A DNA stretch of 64,000 bases, from contig CM052817.1 in assembly GCA_028534125.1 (NCBI GenBank), positions 44,332,001 through 44,396,000 on the forward strand, written 5' to 3'. This document shows positions 52,723-64,000 of the stretch, piece by piece (the first letter of the stretch is position 1; each line of letters starts with the position of its first letter). Source of the DNA: Lama glama. Its lineage: Eukaryota. The notes beneath the pieces are model-generated. The model saw only the letters and a list, made by a program, of their open reading frames with translations. It did not search any database and was not told the origin of the DNA. Both the position numbers and the translations under genes were made by a program.

Positions 52723-53499
52723 GCGATAGCAATACTGATGTTTTAGCAAGAAATGCAGCTGCTTTTCCACTTAGGGAAGATCTGAGAGCAGTGTACAGAA
52801 CCAAGCAGGAATAAATGAACTAGTTCCTTCATTCAGTTTTTTTCTTGCCTAATTTTGATTTTAGGCTTTTGAACTTGGGTAATGGCTCCTTTCACTTCTC
52901 AAAGGAAATGAACACATTTTTGTTTCATTAGCTAGACTGTCAATTCCAACTGAGAGAAATTCTAACTCATATATGACGTGAGTCTTGTGTTGAAGCAATG
53001 GAAATATAAGGTCCCCACTGAAAAGGTCAGTGGTGATTTCAGGTTAGTACAGATGCCATGGCAGACTTTAGATAACTGATTTCTTTTGGGGAGAAAGAAT
53101 TAGTGCAGTTGAGCCTGAATAAGCTCTGAGCTTGTTTAAATTTAAGAGATCTAGGAGAGAGTGAGCAGGGGGGAAAAAAACCCATATCACAGCCTTGGGG
53201 ATTGTATAATAGTGGTGACAATATTAACTCATAATAATGCAATTAATGAGGGTAAATGGGACAGGGCTTTGAATTTCTGGGATTACTGTGACACAAATTC
53301 ACGCTCGTCTAATTGTGATCCTAACAACAGAAATGGGACAAATGATTGGTGTAAGAGGCCCCCAGGTGCCAGAGAACATCAGAATAAGCTGGGGAACCTG
53401 TTAAGATGCAGATTCCCAGCCTACTTGGTTGTGTCCCAGCAACTGGCATTTTTCACAAGCACTCTCATTCTGATGCAGATACTGCACTTTGAGAGACCA

Positions 53500-56400
53500 T
53501 GAGTTAGTGTCTGAATGAGCTCCCTTAAGAAAAGGGAGGTTTTATTTCAAAATAAGAGTAAACTAGAATACTGTTCATGTGTCCCTTTCTGATATTAAAA
53601 TGGCCTTTGTCATTTTATTCCATGCTTCATCCCAAAGAGTTCAGGCAGCAATGAATAACTTGTCTCCAGTAACCTATTTCTGTGTAGAAAGGTCCCTTCA
53701 CGTTCACCTGGCCATATTTTGCTCGAGATGGAGAAGTTATTTTTGGCTGAAGTTCTTCCTTTTTCCTCCCAGCAGAAAGGTGAATAAAACTCATTTTGTT
53801 CTAAGAAAGGAAAAATAATTCCAACCTAACAGAATAAAGCCAATAATATCATGGAAAATTAAACTAAAGAGAAAAATTTGGAATCATATTAGAATAAAAA
53901 ACCCCAGCATTTTCCAGGGTATCCAAAACAAACAAACAAACAAATCCTAGTATCTTAATAAAAGATGTTTGAATAAAATACAAGCTTAAAAGTAGAACTC
54001 ACATTAGGGCTATGATCTACTTTTTAAACTCAGAAGTGATCTTAGGTCAGGTAATAATGGAGTAATAGGGGAGCTTGGATGTCCCAGGCTGGTTTCTGCT
54101 TCTATACCCCAAAGGACCTCAGTGAAGCCCTCACTCCTCACCTGAACAGACTCTTAAGAGCTGCCCGAAACATGCTGATCTTCAAGTCTGAAGACAGTTG
54201 TGCAAAACGAAATCTAAAATGATCCCCTGGAGCAAAGGGAAAAACTGTTTGGTTTCGACAGTGCCTCTGGGAGAAACTCAGCCACGTTCACTGTGGATCC
54301 TCCCTGCATTGTCGGGGTTAAGCAGCCACCACAAGAAGCAGAATAGCAGGGAAAAGGCTGAGTCAGCCAGCATGTTGCAACGAGCCCAGGAACTATCCTA
54401 GGGGCCCAGGAATCTGGAGGTTCCCAGTTTTGTCGCAGGACTTTGTCCTTTCTCAGAACTTTGAAGGTTTCCTGAGGATCAGCAGCAAGGCCATCCCATT
54501 CCCAACTGACTTCTGATGAGACATGGGATCTCTGAAATGGTCATATCCACAGGGACAATTATTGATGGAACAAACATTCCTGAGAACGTCATGTGTGTCC
54601 TGAAATCCCGAGACCAACAGCTTGCTCGTATTCATGATTGGCTGAGGATATTGTTTGGAGGCAAGAGGTGGCTATACTGTAGATTTTTTTTTGGTCGTGG
54701 GAAAGAATGCAAAATACGAAAGGGATAAAGAATGGCTTGTTTTCTAGTTAAAGTTCATGAAAATTCGGTTAGTGGTTTCTTCTCATCAGAGCACAAAGGT
54801 CAAGTCCTTTGATAACTGGTCACAGCCACCTGAGAATTAGATTCCAGTCCCCCTTGGGACGTCATTCATTTCACGTAACAACAGAGCATTTCAATGCAGC
54901 AGCAGAAGGGACACGACCCTAAAAGTGTCATAGCTTTCAGGTGCTTGTGGTGTGGAGTATCACCTGCTGCTCTTCTGTGGGGGTCACTTACTTTGACATG
55001 TAAAAATTAGAAAAGCGACTGAGAAAGCCTAAGTGTGTAAAATGTTCCAAGTCAAATCCTTAAGAATAATTTAGAAGAGTGTTGGGAATTGGGAGTCCCA
55101 GAACCCCGAGGAATTTCAGAGATCTGCTGAAGTCACCTGCTGACTACCTTCAACCTGGTCTGACCCCAAGGAACCACCCAGTATCAGCAAGACACACAGT
55201 TAATTATGAAATGACCTATAGTGAGGCTATTGAATGCTGTCCCTGGTTCTGCTGGCTCCCTGGGGGATGGAATCTCTAGGTGTCCTAAGAGATCAGCTTT
55301 GGAAAACATTCCTGGAAAACCAAGGTGCAGTCTTACTGTATCATTGCAGTCAGACAGTGTAAAACCTCCAAAGAAATGATGCAGTGGCTTTTGTTGATGG
55401 CTCACAAGAAATTTCTGGGTGGCCTATTGGTTCTAAATTCATCAAATGACATCTGTATTAGGGACCAAAACTATGCTTCTGTAGCTCTTAACTGGAAGAC
55501 AAATTTCATAAAGTAATTAAAGCATATTAAGGAAATGGGCATCTGGTACCCTCCTATGAATGTTCCTCTCCCAGTTCTCTAGGACTGGCTCTACAGTACT
55601 GTAGCCCAAATCAGCACCAAATCAGGGGGCCACCAGCCGCGGATTAAACACATGTGAAAACAACAACAGAACTAAAACATAGCCTGGGATGCACCACCTG
55701 CTCAAAGTATCAGGCTGCTGCCAACTCTGGTAGCTGCCAACATAGCCTGGTTACCGGCCTAGTCCCTCCTTCCTGTCTGCTTGAATAGACTGACAGCTCG
55801 GGCTCCCAAGTACCCTCTCAGATGTTGTTATGGAAGCATAACAGTGCAAAATCAGTCTTCAGGTGTGCAGGGTAGAGTTTTTAACAGAAATGTGCTTGAA
55901 AAGTTTGACACTGTAGGAAAAGGAACTTTTTTTTAAAAGCATCAGTAAAATAGCCTGATAATGTCTCACTTAAGCTGTATTCAGCTCAAATCTTGCCTAG
56001 GAGGACAGTGAGCATTCAGCTGTGAACTGACTTGGGTCCTGGCCTCCTTCTTGTCAACAGGTTGGAGAGTTGGCCCTGTTAGTAAAATTTAGCTCTCTCT
56101 CCACCGCAGTGATAATGACTGGAGCATAAGGAAATGACGTGGTCGCTGTGATGCGCGCAGCTGTCTTCCTGGGGAGGTGCGTGTGCTCCTGCGAGCCGTG
56201 GGGGTGAAGGGCCAGGGGCAGTGGCAGCTGGGAATCCCCCATCCTCAGCTGAAAACAAGGGCAGAAGGTCCACTTGTGGTGAGAGTTTAAGAAAAAAATC
56301 CTCCACACTCAATGTGACTATCTTTGGAATTCTTCATTTCATTAATTAAGGTTTTCACAAAATACAAAGCTCAAACGTAGCTGTCTATGGTCACCACACA

Positions 56401-56942
56401 ACAGAATCAAATAAAGGGTTAGCACACAAACAATGATCTTTTTCATTTTTAAAAATATAAATAACAGAGTTCAAGGTTTGACAGTTTTCTTCTCTGTGTG
56501 TTTCTTTTTAAGGCTTTACGCTGCAGGCCCTTCCGTAATAAGCACTCATACCTGCTGTCGGGACACGCTGCCCACAAGCAAGGAAGGCCACTGCGGATGC
56601 ATTCCCAGGGCGACACACACCGACCCAGGTTGCCTCAGCCTGTGAAAAGCTCAACGATCAACCGAACACCCTCCAATCAGTTCTCAGTTTCATTAATTTT
56701 CTTTCTACTACGAAGTAACAATAGAAAGGAGTAAGTTCCCAGCAGCATTCAAGCTCTTAGAAGATCAATCATGAAGGGCGAGAGGGAAAACACAGGCTTT
56801 TTCCCGGATAGAATGCTTTCCTTTTATCCAGAAAACCCCCAATAACCCATACAGTTGAAAGGGTGGCTTGTACTGAAACGCTTTTCGGATTAAATAGTGT
56901 TGAGAGAAGGGGTGATCTTTAGGTGGGGGACTGCAGGAGAGG
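53500..56942 (-). other. SHROOM3: SHROOM3 3' UTR (distal end uncertain)
   Basis: Repeat-poor unique sequence directly after the stop codon. Candidate minus-strand AATAAA at 53619-53614 and 53546-53541; ATTAAA near 52680. Cleavage site not determinable from sequence. Confidence 0.55.
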
Positions 56943-57311
56943 TTAAAGTGGAGAGGCTACTGTTGGCAAAGTACCACTAGCAGGACACCCCCCCACAGGA
57001 GTCAGGTCGCTGGCGAGGTCCGGGGGCAGAGCCAGGGCGCCCGCCTTGGGGACGAAGTCCGCTGGGAGGCTCTCCAGCAGACACTTGACCTGCTCCTGGC
57101 CCAGCTTGATCCTGTCGTCCAGCTTTCGCTGCTCGATGAGGAGCGTGGACTTCATTTTCACAAAATGCTGGTAATCCTGGAGCTGCTCCTCTGAGAGGTA
57201 ATTGGCCAGGATGTCCAACACCACGCGCTCCCTTCGGTCCAGGTTCTCCTTGAGCTCCCGGGCGTCCTCGTGCTGCCCAGCCAGGACCTTCCTCTTCTCA
57301 TTGAGAGAGCT
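56943..57311 (-). CDS. SHROOM3: SHROOM3 last coding exon ([29 protein letters not shown]...TVASPL-stop)
   Basis: Matches the recalled SHROOM3 C-terminus ([42 protein letters not shown]-stop). Acceptor tcttcctggcag| at 57312, TAA at 56945-56943, 369 bp, in frame with the upstream exon. Confidence 0.96.
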   Translation of the reverse strand, partial: SSLNEKRKVLAGQHEDARELKENLDRRERVVLDILANYLSEEQLQDYQHFVKMKSTLLIEQRKLDDRIKLGQEQVKCLLESLPADFVPKAGALALPPDLASDLTPVGGCPASGTLPTVASPL

Positions 57312-57599
57312 CTGCCAGGAAGAGATGAGCAGGTCAGCGGAGGGCGGGGAAGTGGGGGTGAGGAGGGGGGAGGGAAAGAGCCAAACTGCCCGCAAGGAGC
57401 CCTCCTATATAGGACGATGAAATATCCAAGTTTCTATTTCGATTGTCACTCTAAAGTAAGGAGACTCAGTTTTTGAAAGGTTGCATATAGATGGTGCTCT
57501 AAGTCATAAAGTCACGTGGCAGCTTTAATTTGAGAGAGATCACATTAAATTGGCTGGGCTAATGGCTTTACTCTAGGCTTCTAGACTTAAAGGGGCAAT

Positions 57600-57865
57600 C
57601 AAGGACGCTACTTATATTAGGTACTTGGAATAGTTAAAGTCATAGAGACACAAAGTAGAACGGGTGGCTGCCAGGGCCTGGGGGGAGGGGAGAACGGAGG
57701 GGGAACTGTTTCAATGGTTAGAGTTTCAGGTTCACAAGATGCAAAAGTTTGGAGATCTGTTGCCCAAAGGTGTAAATATACTTAACACTGCAGAACTATA
57801 CACTTAAACATGGTTAAGATGGCAAATTTCATGTTATGTGCAGTTTACCATATTAAAAAAAAATT
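57600..57865 (+). mobile_element. L1MA-like 3' end in the last SHROOM3 intron
   Basis: catagagacacaaagtagaacgggtggctgccaggg...cacttaaacatggttaagatggcaaatttcatgttatgtg. Confidence 0.8.
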
Positions 57866-59439
57866 GAAGGGAAAGAAAGCCAATCTTCAAGGTACCTTGA
57901 GTGTTTACAAGCATTTACATTTATAGCGGTTCTCAAAGTGTGGGCCAGCAGCACTGCCTGGGAACTTGTTAGAAATGCAGAATTTCAGGCCCTCTTCCAC
58001 CCACTGTATCAGAAGCTCTGGAGGTAGGGCCCAGAGATCTGTGGTTGAAGAAGCCTTCCAGGTGAGTCTTTTGCAGCTGAAGTTTGAGAACCTCTATTGT
58101 AATCCGCAGTCAACAATGGGGACACATTTACCACCTCTGAACAAAATCAGTTTCCATTTTCCAGGCCCTGAATCTAACATGAGGGAAATTCTATTAACAA
58201 TGATGGCAATTTCATATTCTGAGAGTTTCTTATACAGACCCAATGGTAAGACAGTGTTAGCATCCTTAGGCTGACATTTCAAAAAACTTCATTGCGGCTT
58301 TTTACCCAACATGCTGACATATAGTTAATGTCATTTAAAATTTTTTAAAAATTTTATATTTAACCAGAATTTTCAGGCCAAAGTGACTGAAAATTTTAAA
58401 CTTTAAAGTGGAAATTAATCAAGAAATAAGATTATTTAAATATATGCTTCAATACCAATCAGCTTATGTAGGGTTATGAAAGCCTCATGTGTCTTTGCCC
58501 TAACTGCCCTTGAACTAGCCTGTCAGCTCTTACACAGCAATGCCTGAGGACAAGTGCAAAGTTAAAAGTTTATCTTACAAATATCTCCATTTTCATAGGC
58601 TTCCTTTCCCTAATCAGAACACACCTGAAAAAACAACCCTGAGGGACTGAATTTGCATGAAGACACCTTTCAAAATACTGTAGAGAAATTTTCAAGTTAA
58701 AGTGAGAACCTCTTCCTCACCTTTAAGAAATTATGAAATATTTTAAACATCAGAATTATATAGAGAATGGTTTAATACCTGTGCACCCATCATTAAGAGT
58801 GCCAAATCTTAGCATGAACATTTTTCCATATTTGCTTCAGACTGAAAACAAAAAAATCAGATTCAGTCGAAGCCTTACATATACTTCTCCCAAACCTCAT
58901 CTTTCCCCTCCTCCCCTTATTGGTAACTGTAATCCTGAGTTTGGCACTTATTGAACCATTTATTCTTCTTTTCCTTTAAGAAACTTTTAAGTTTCCTAAG
59001 AGACTAGTCGTCATAAAAACTAATACTGATGTATTTTGCAGGTGAGCAAGCACTTATTTGTATGTAAGTGTGTGTGTGTGTGTGTGTGTGCATTTAAGTG
59101 TTAAGCTGAATTCAATTCTGGAACAACTCGTCTTCCCCTAAGAAACTGCTCCTTATCTCAGATGCCTGCGGCCTCCATCCAAGGGACCAAGCAGGAAACG
59201 TGGAATTACCTTCAGCTCTGTCCTTCCCCTCCTCTAACATGCTCTGCTAATTCAAACTCATTCTCTCACACCCTATTCTCTATCCCCATGACAACTGCCT
59301 AAATTAATAGCCTAAACCCTTCTTGCTAGACTATTACAATAAGTCTCCCAGCTGTAAGCATTAGTTAACATGGCTGATTATGTCATGAAATTAGTTCATG
59401 GCTCTCCAGGCCCACAGGCTAACATATGACCCACAGGTC

Positions 59440-59900
59440 TTTGTGAGTCTTATCCGCACTAGATCCCACTCAAGATCCACACTCCTCAGCCCTGCTCTGT
59501 GTCTACGGAAGCTGAACCCCTCTGGATGCGGCATCCACTGGGCTCCCTTGCCCCCTGGGTTTGGTCACTGGGGGTCATGGGCAGGAAACTGGAAGGTGGG
59601 AGGAAGAAGAAACTGGGGACTTTATTCCGGGCTCCCTCCTTGCCAGGCAGTGGTGGCCACATCCTATCCCCTCAGGCCTCAGTGCTGTAGGACTCCTCGG
59701 TGTTCAGATAGGCCTGCATTCTGATAAGGCCCCTTCCTCCTGCTCCTGCCAGTCCAGAGGCAGTAACAGCATCCCCTGGGGGACAGAGGGGCCTTGTTAT
59801 CCCTTTATAGTGTCCCGTAATCCCTCCCACACCTTTCCTGAACTTTCTTCCCTTACCCCTTTTGATTGAGCCATCTACTGCCTGTTAGTTCCCTGACAAC
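59440..59900. mobile_element. LTR33-like ERVL LTR remnant (intronic)
   Basis: ccctgctctgtgtc...gggctcccttgcccc...ggcaggaaactggaaggtgggaggaagaaga...ggggactttattcc. Confidence 0.6.
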
Positions 59901-61370
59901 ACACTTTTCTAGTATTTCCTACAAGTCGCTGTTTTTAAAAACACCCAAGCAGTCACTCTGTGCTCTAGACATACCAAGCACATGTATAGCAGTTCTTGGA
60001 CATGCCGTGGTCTGTCTGGATTTCTTCCATGGCATTCCTTCTAAATGAAGACGCCCTTCCCCTCTTAGACCACTTGGAATTGAGAAATTCTTCTAGACTC
60101 CATTCAAGCGCCACTTGTGTACAGTCCTTCCTGACCTCACCTGTCCTCACGGCTCTGCGTGTACGGCTGTGCTGCAGCATGCCGGATGCAGTCGCTGCTT
60201 CTGCACTGGTTCTGCTCACTACCTGGCAAGCTCCTGGAGGGAGGGCCAGTTTCCAGCCAGCGTTCAGCCCTAGCTCAGGTAGCGCCTGGTATTTGACAGG
60301 TTCTTGTTAGCTGTTTACTGAGTGGAACCAGGAAGGTGGAAAGGACAACACATTTGAGGCAAGTACAGTTAGACAGTTTCTAAGTGAGGAAGCGATGGCT
60401 CAGTGCATTTACACAAAGAGGGCACTTGCCAGAGAGGGGCTGCCGAAAGTTCCTGGATGCTCAGAGTCACATGCGTAAAGCTTACCATCTAGATGTCTCA
60501 TCCTTTTAAAATCTACTCGAAAAAAGACATCTCTCCTTTGCATGCAGTACATTAGGAGAGATAATTGGGAACCCCCAGAAAGCACTGAGAGGGAAAGCTG
60601 AGGCCAGGAGCCGGAGCCCCTGGTTGGCCGGAACACCCAGCTCTCCAGCATGGATATGAAAACCAGTGATAGCTAGTTTACTGTCTGACCTCCCTTGGTA
60701 CGTTTGTTCCATGAGGGTGGGGGTCTATCTGCTTTGTTCACAGAGTATCCCCAGTGTCTGGACCAGTAAGTGGCAAATACTGGACACAAGGTAAACATCT
60801 GTTGTGCAGATGAAGAATCCTCTGTACCTACGGACTTAAGTCCAACGAGGTGCATAAAACTGGGGGCGGCAGCAGGACTCCTCCTACCCTGGCTCCACTG
60901 CCCACTGGTCTGTGGTGAGGACTCAACAGGACTCACCTCAGGTGTGTGAGCCCACAGTGCCTGGTGCGGGGGGAGCACTTGGATTCCCCCCGGCAGCACC
61001 ACCGCTCACTCCAGGAAGGGGTGCAGTGCCCTGCAGCCGAAGCTCATGCTCCTGCACCCCCTCTGCGTCCCCAGCAGCTTTGTTGTCCCTCTCTCTTGTT
61101 TTTTAATGTCATCATGCTTTTATCTTTCCTTTTTCTGGGATAGAAAGGAAGGAAGGGAACTCTGGCACCTATGTTTCTACTTCCCTAAGTGTTCCCCGAG
61201 GCTGAAGTGTCAGCACGACATCTGGGGTGGAAGATGCCTTCTTCTCTGCTCCCTGCTTATCTGTACGTTGCGCTCTCTCCCTGCCCCAAAGAGATGGTGA
61301 CCTTATCCAGGAGGGCTCCTGCCTAATCGTACTTCTCTGTGTGAACAGGCTCAGAGGCTAGGCCACCTAC

Positions 61371-61643
61371 CCTTTCCTCATCACTGGCATCTTCACCAAG
61401 GCCGCTGAGGACGTTCTCCACGCGGGCCAGGCGCCCCGAGAGGGAAAGCAGCAGGTTCACGACCTTGTCCAAGTCCCCGATGAACATCTTGTACTTGTCA
61501 ATCTCGTTGGGCTTGCAGAGCTCGCCGATCCAGGCCCCCACCTCCTCCCCCAGGGCATTGTTGAGCTTGATGTCCATGAGCAGGCTCCCCTTTGCCTCCT
61601 GGAGGGTCTTTAGCTTGTGGGTGAGGCTCCCGATGAGCTCTGC
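61371..61643 (-). CDS. SHROOM3: SHROOM3 penultimate coding exon (ASD2/SD2 domain, AELIGSLTHKL...GEDASDEER)
   Basis: Translation contains the Shroom SD2 signature KYKMFIGDLDKVVNLLLSLSGRLARVEN. Minus-strand acceptor gttacag| at 61644 and donor AGG|gtaggt at 61370. 273 bp, phase 0-0. Confidence 0.96.
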
Positions 61644-61984
61644 CTGTAACAAGACACAGAAAGAATGAGCCAGCTTGAGTGGTCAGTGGAAGGCGGATCC
61701 ACTTCTCCCAGCTGCGTCCTTCCTGTCTTGTCTTTGAGGCTCAGCTGAAGGCCCCCCTCTATTCCTTACAGACTGCCCCCCTCAACATTAAGCCACGATC
61801 TTTCCTTTCCCTGAATGTCTACCACTGCCTTTCCCTGAACCTGTTCTACTCTGTCCTCGCAGGCCCATGCTCCATGACACATCGTCTTGGAATGTTTTCC
61901 AACTGTGTCCGGCCAGGCACAGCTCTGCCTTCCCAACTGGTTTGTTAACTACTCACCTTTAAAAGTCTTCTCAAGACATGTTCT

Positions 61985-62320
61985 CATTTGAACGTCACAA
62001 CAATACCAGAGCCCAGTAGGGTAAATATTCTTGTTTTACAAATAGAGAAACCCAGAGTCAAAGGAATTAAGGGACTTGCCCAAGAGCACAGAGCTGAGTT
62101 GAGTATTAATCACAGATACCATCTGTAGAGCAATTACTATGTGCCAGACACTGTACGAGAACCTGTGGATCACGTCATGTAGTCTTCCCAGCAGTCTTGT
62201 AGTAGATACTGCTTTAACCAAATCGGACAACAGGCGAGGAAACTAAGACTTAGTGAGGTGAAGTGAGGCTAAGACACGTGCAGCCCAGGGCGGCTGCCGT
62301 GAACTCAGGTCAGCAGGACT
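61985..62320 (+). mobile_element. MIR fragments (others at about 5600-5800, 16030-16230, 23955-24155, 26290-26515, 29050-29280, 32715-32920, 37980-38090)
   Basis: MIR core variants ttttacagatgagaaaactgaggc...aagtgacttgcccaaggtcacacagc. Confidence 0.65.
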
Positions 62321-64000
62321 CCGGGGGCCGCCCTTGTACAGTCACTGTAAATATCCACGCCAAGACCGCTGTCAGAACTCAGCCCCTCGTCCTGTCCACT
62401 GCACCCACTGTCTCCAGTTCCCAGAGCTATGTAATTTGCCACCTTACTTACAAATTTCTATACATATAAAACAATTACACAAACACCCACTATATTTAGC
62501 TGAAGGGGTGAAGTAGAGGTCTTAGTTTGACTTCATTGATACGAAGTGTCCACTACTACCTCGCTGCAGGAGAAATCAGACTCCATGGCTTTTTAGATTA
62601 GTCCTTCATTTTTCTCTTCACCTAAGGTAGCTGGATGGAAAAGGAACATAATCTTTTTTTGGTTAAAACCTATTTCTTTACCACTAAAAAGGTTCCAGCT
62701 CAAAATTGATGTGTGTGTTTGTGTGTAAACCTAAGCTGTGTGGCTTTAGTTGGAAACTTAGTAAACAAGGGTCACAATTTCTATGTTAGAGTAAATCTTC
62801 ATTTTAAAGCAAGGGAAAAATTGAAACATTTTTGACAAACACAATTGAAGGGTACTGATGCCTTTGTCTACTATTTCTTCAACATGAGCACCACAGAATA
62901 CAATCATCCCAATGATACAGGAAAATATTTCTCCATGATCTGCCCATCTTTAAGCTGGAATGCCAGAGCCACTTCAGTCTCGGTGAGGTTCATAATGTCC
63001 TTGACATGTCCAAGTTCTGGCTAAAACGGGGACATCTCATTGTCTTCTCTACTACTTCTCTACTTCTCTTCTCGTCTAATCCCAGAGACCGAAGGGGGAC
63101 TAAACACTTCCATCTGCTGCACTGACTGGCTGTGGGCTGTACTCTTTGGCTCTCTACAGGCAGTTTAGTTAAGACAAGGTCTAAGTAAAAGACAATTTTG
63201 GTAGTGGAAAAAAATGTGTAATGTATATTAGTTGTCCACTGAAGAAAAATGCAGGTGGGAGAGAATATTGTTTAATGTCATTTGTTTAATTCTCCTTATA
63301 TTCCCCTGGAAAATATCATTTCCGAAAAAACAGTTCTGGCTGGAAGTTATGTTATTCGCCTACAAGATGATCTGCTAGGGACCTGCAGCAAAACGCCCGG
63401 TAGGACGTGACGATCTTGCACTGTGGAAGAGGGCACAAGGATACCAGAACGGAGAGCAAGAGGGAAAACCAAGATGTCTGCCATCACATCTCCCAACATC
63501 CCTGCAGGGCAGGGGCAGGACGAGTCAAATGTCACCATTCCTGTCTTTCAGACAGATAATGAGAGAGACTGACATCTACATGAAGTCAGCCCGGGAGCTG
63601 TTCGCCTCACAGCTTCATTTTCTAGGCTCTCCACTCTGTCACCAGACGGCGCCGCCTTATAGCAAACCAGGTTAGAGAGAATTCAAAGAGGTAGTTCACT
63701 GAGCAATAACACTCTCATCACCTCAACCCCAGGAAAAAGCCTTCCTCTTATTCAGGTGCTTTGGGATCCATTTCAATCTCACCTCTCCAGGAAGTACAGC
63801 TTCTAGAAGTGGCTTAAAAAAAAACAAGAGTAGAAAGAATAGAAGGGAACAGTTGTATGGTTTCCATTATTCCTATAAACATGACTTCTTTTGAAACTAA
63901 TATTGTGTGTCATTTCTGGAAGGAACTCAAAGAACTTATTAATAATGCAATTGATATCATTTAAAAAATGCCCATTATGGCTCTCAGTAGCTGGCATTTT

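Noticed and set aside
57312..57395. N-terminal extensions of the ORF-track calls 56943..57395 and 61323..61652
   Set aside because: They read through splice sites into intron; true exon limits are 57311 and 61371-61643.
63347..63538. Next upstream SHROOM3 coding exon
   Set aside because: Translation does not resemble the SHROOM3 sequence preceding AEL and no fitting donor was found; that exon lies beyond the window.
1..64000. CRISPR arrays, rRNA genes or prokaryotic-type systems
   Set aside because: No regularly spaced repeats or operon structure; the sequence is mammalian.

Overview
Mammalian nuclear DNA, about half interspersed repeats. The tRNA-derived SINE family and young L1 3' ends point to a camelid (inference). 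The only confidently identified gene is the 3' end of SHROOM3 on the minus strand: two phase-0 coding exons (61643-61371 and 57311-56943) encoding the C-terminal ASD2/SD2 ROCK-binding domain, then a long 3' UTR whose end I cannot fix. About 19 kb downstream is a CpG island (about 37.0-37.65 kb) with a plus-strand splice donor facing SHROOM3, a candidate antisense lncRNA promoter. The most unusual signal is a long chain of plus-strand, splice-site-bounded unique segments from about 1.4 kb to 36.8 kb, ending in a terminal-exon-like segment with ATTAAA. It may be a decayed multi-exon gene or a spliced lncRNA; I could not identify a protein and chance pseudo-exons are not excluded. Other points: a consensus CTCF motif in an LTR41-like LTR just past SHROOM3, an L1 5' half fused to a SINE, a 34-bp palindromic SINE tail and many nested insertions with clear target-site duplications (TSDs). 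Repeat family names are from recalled consensus sequences, not a database search.
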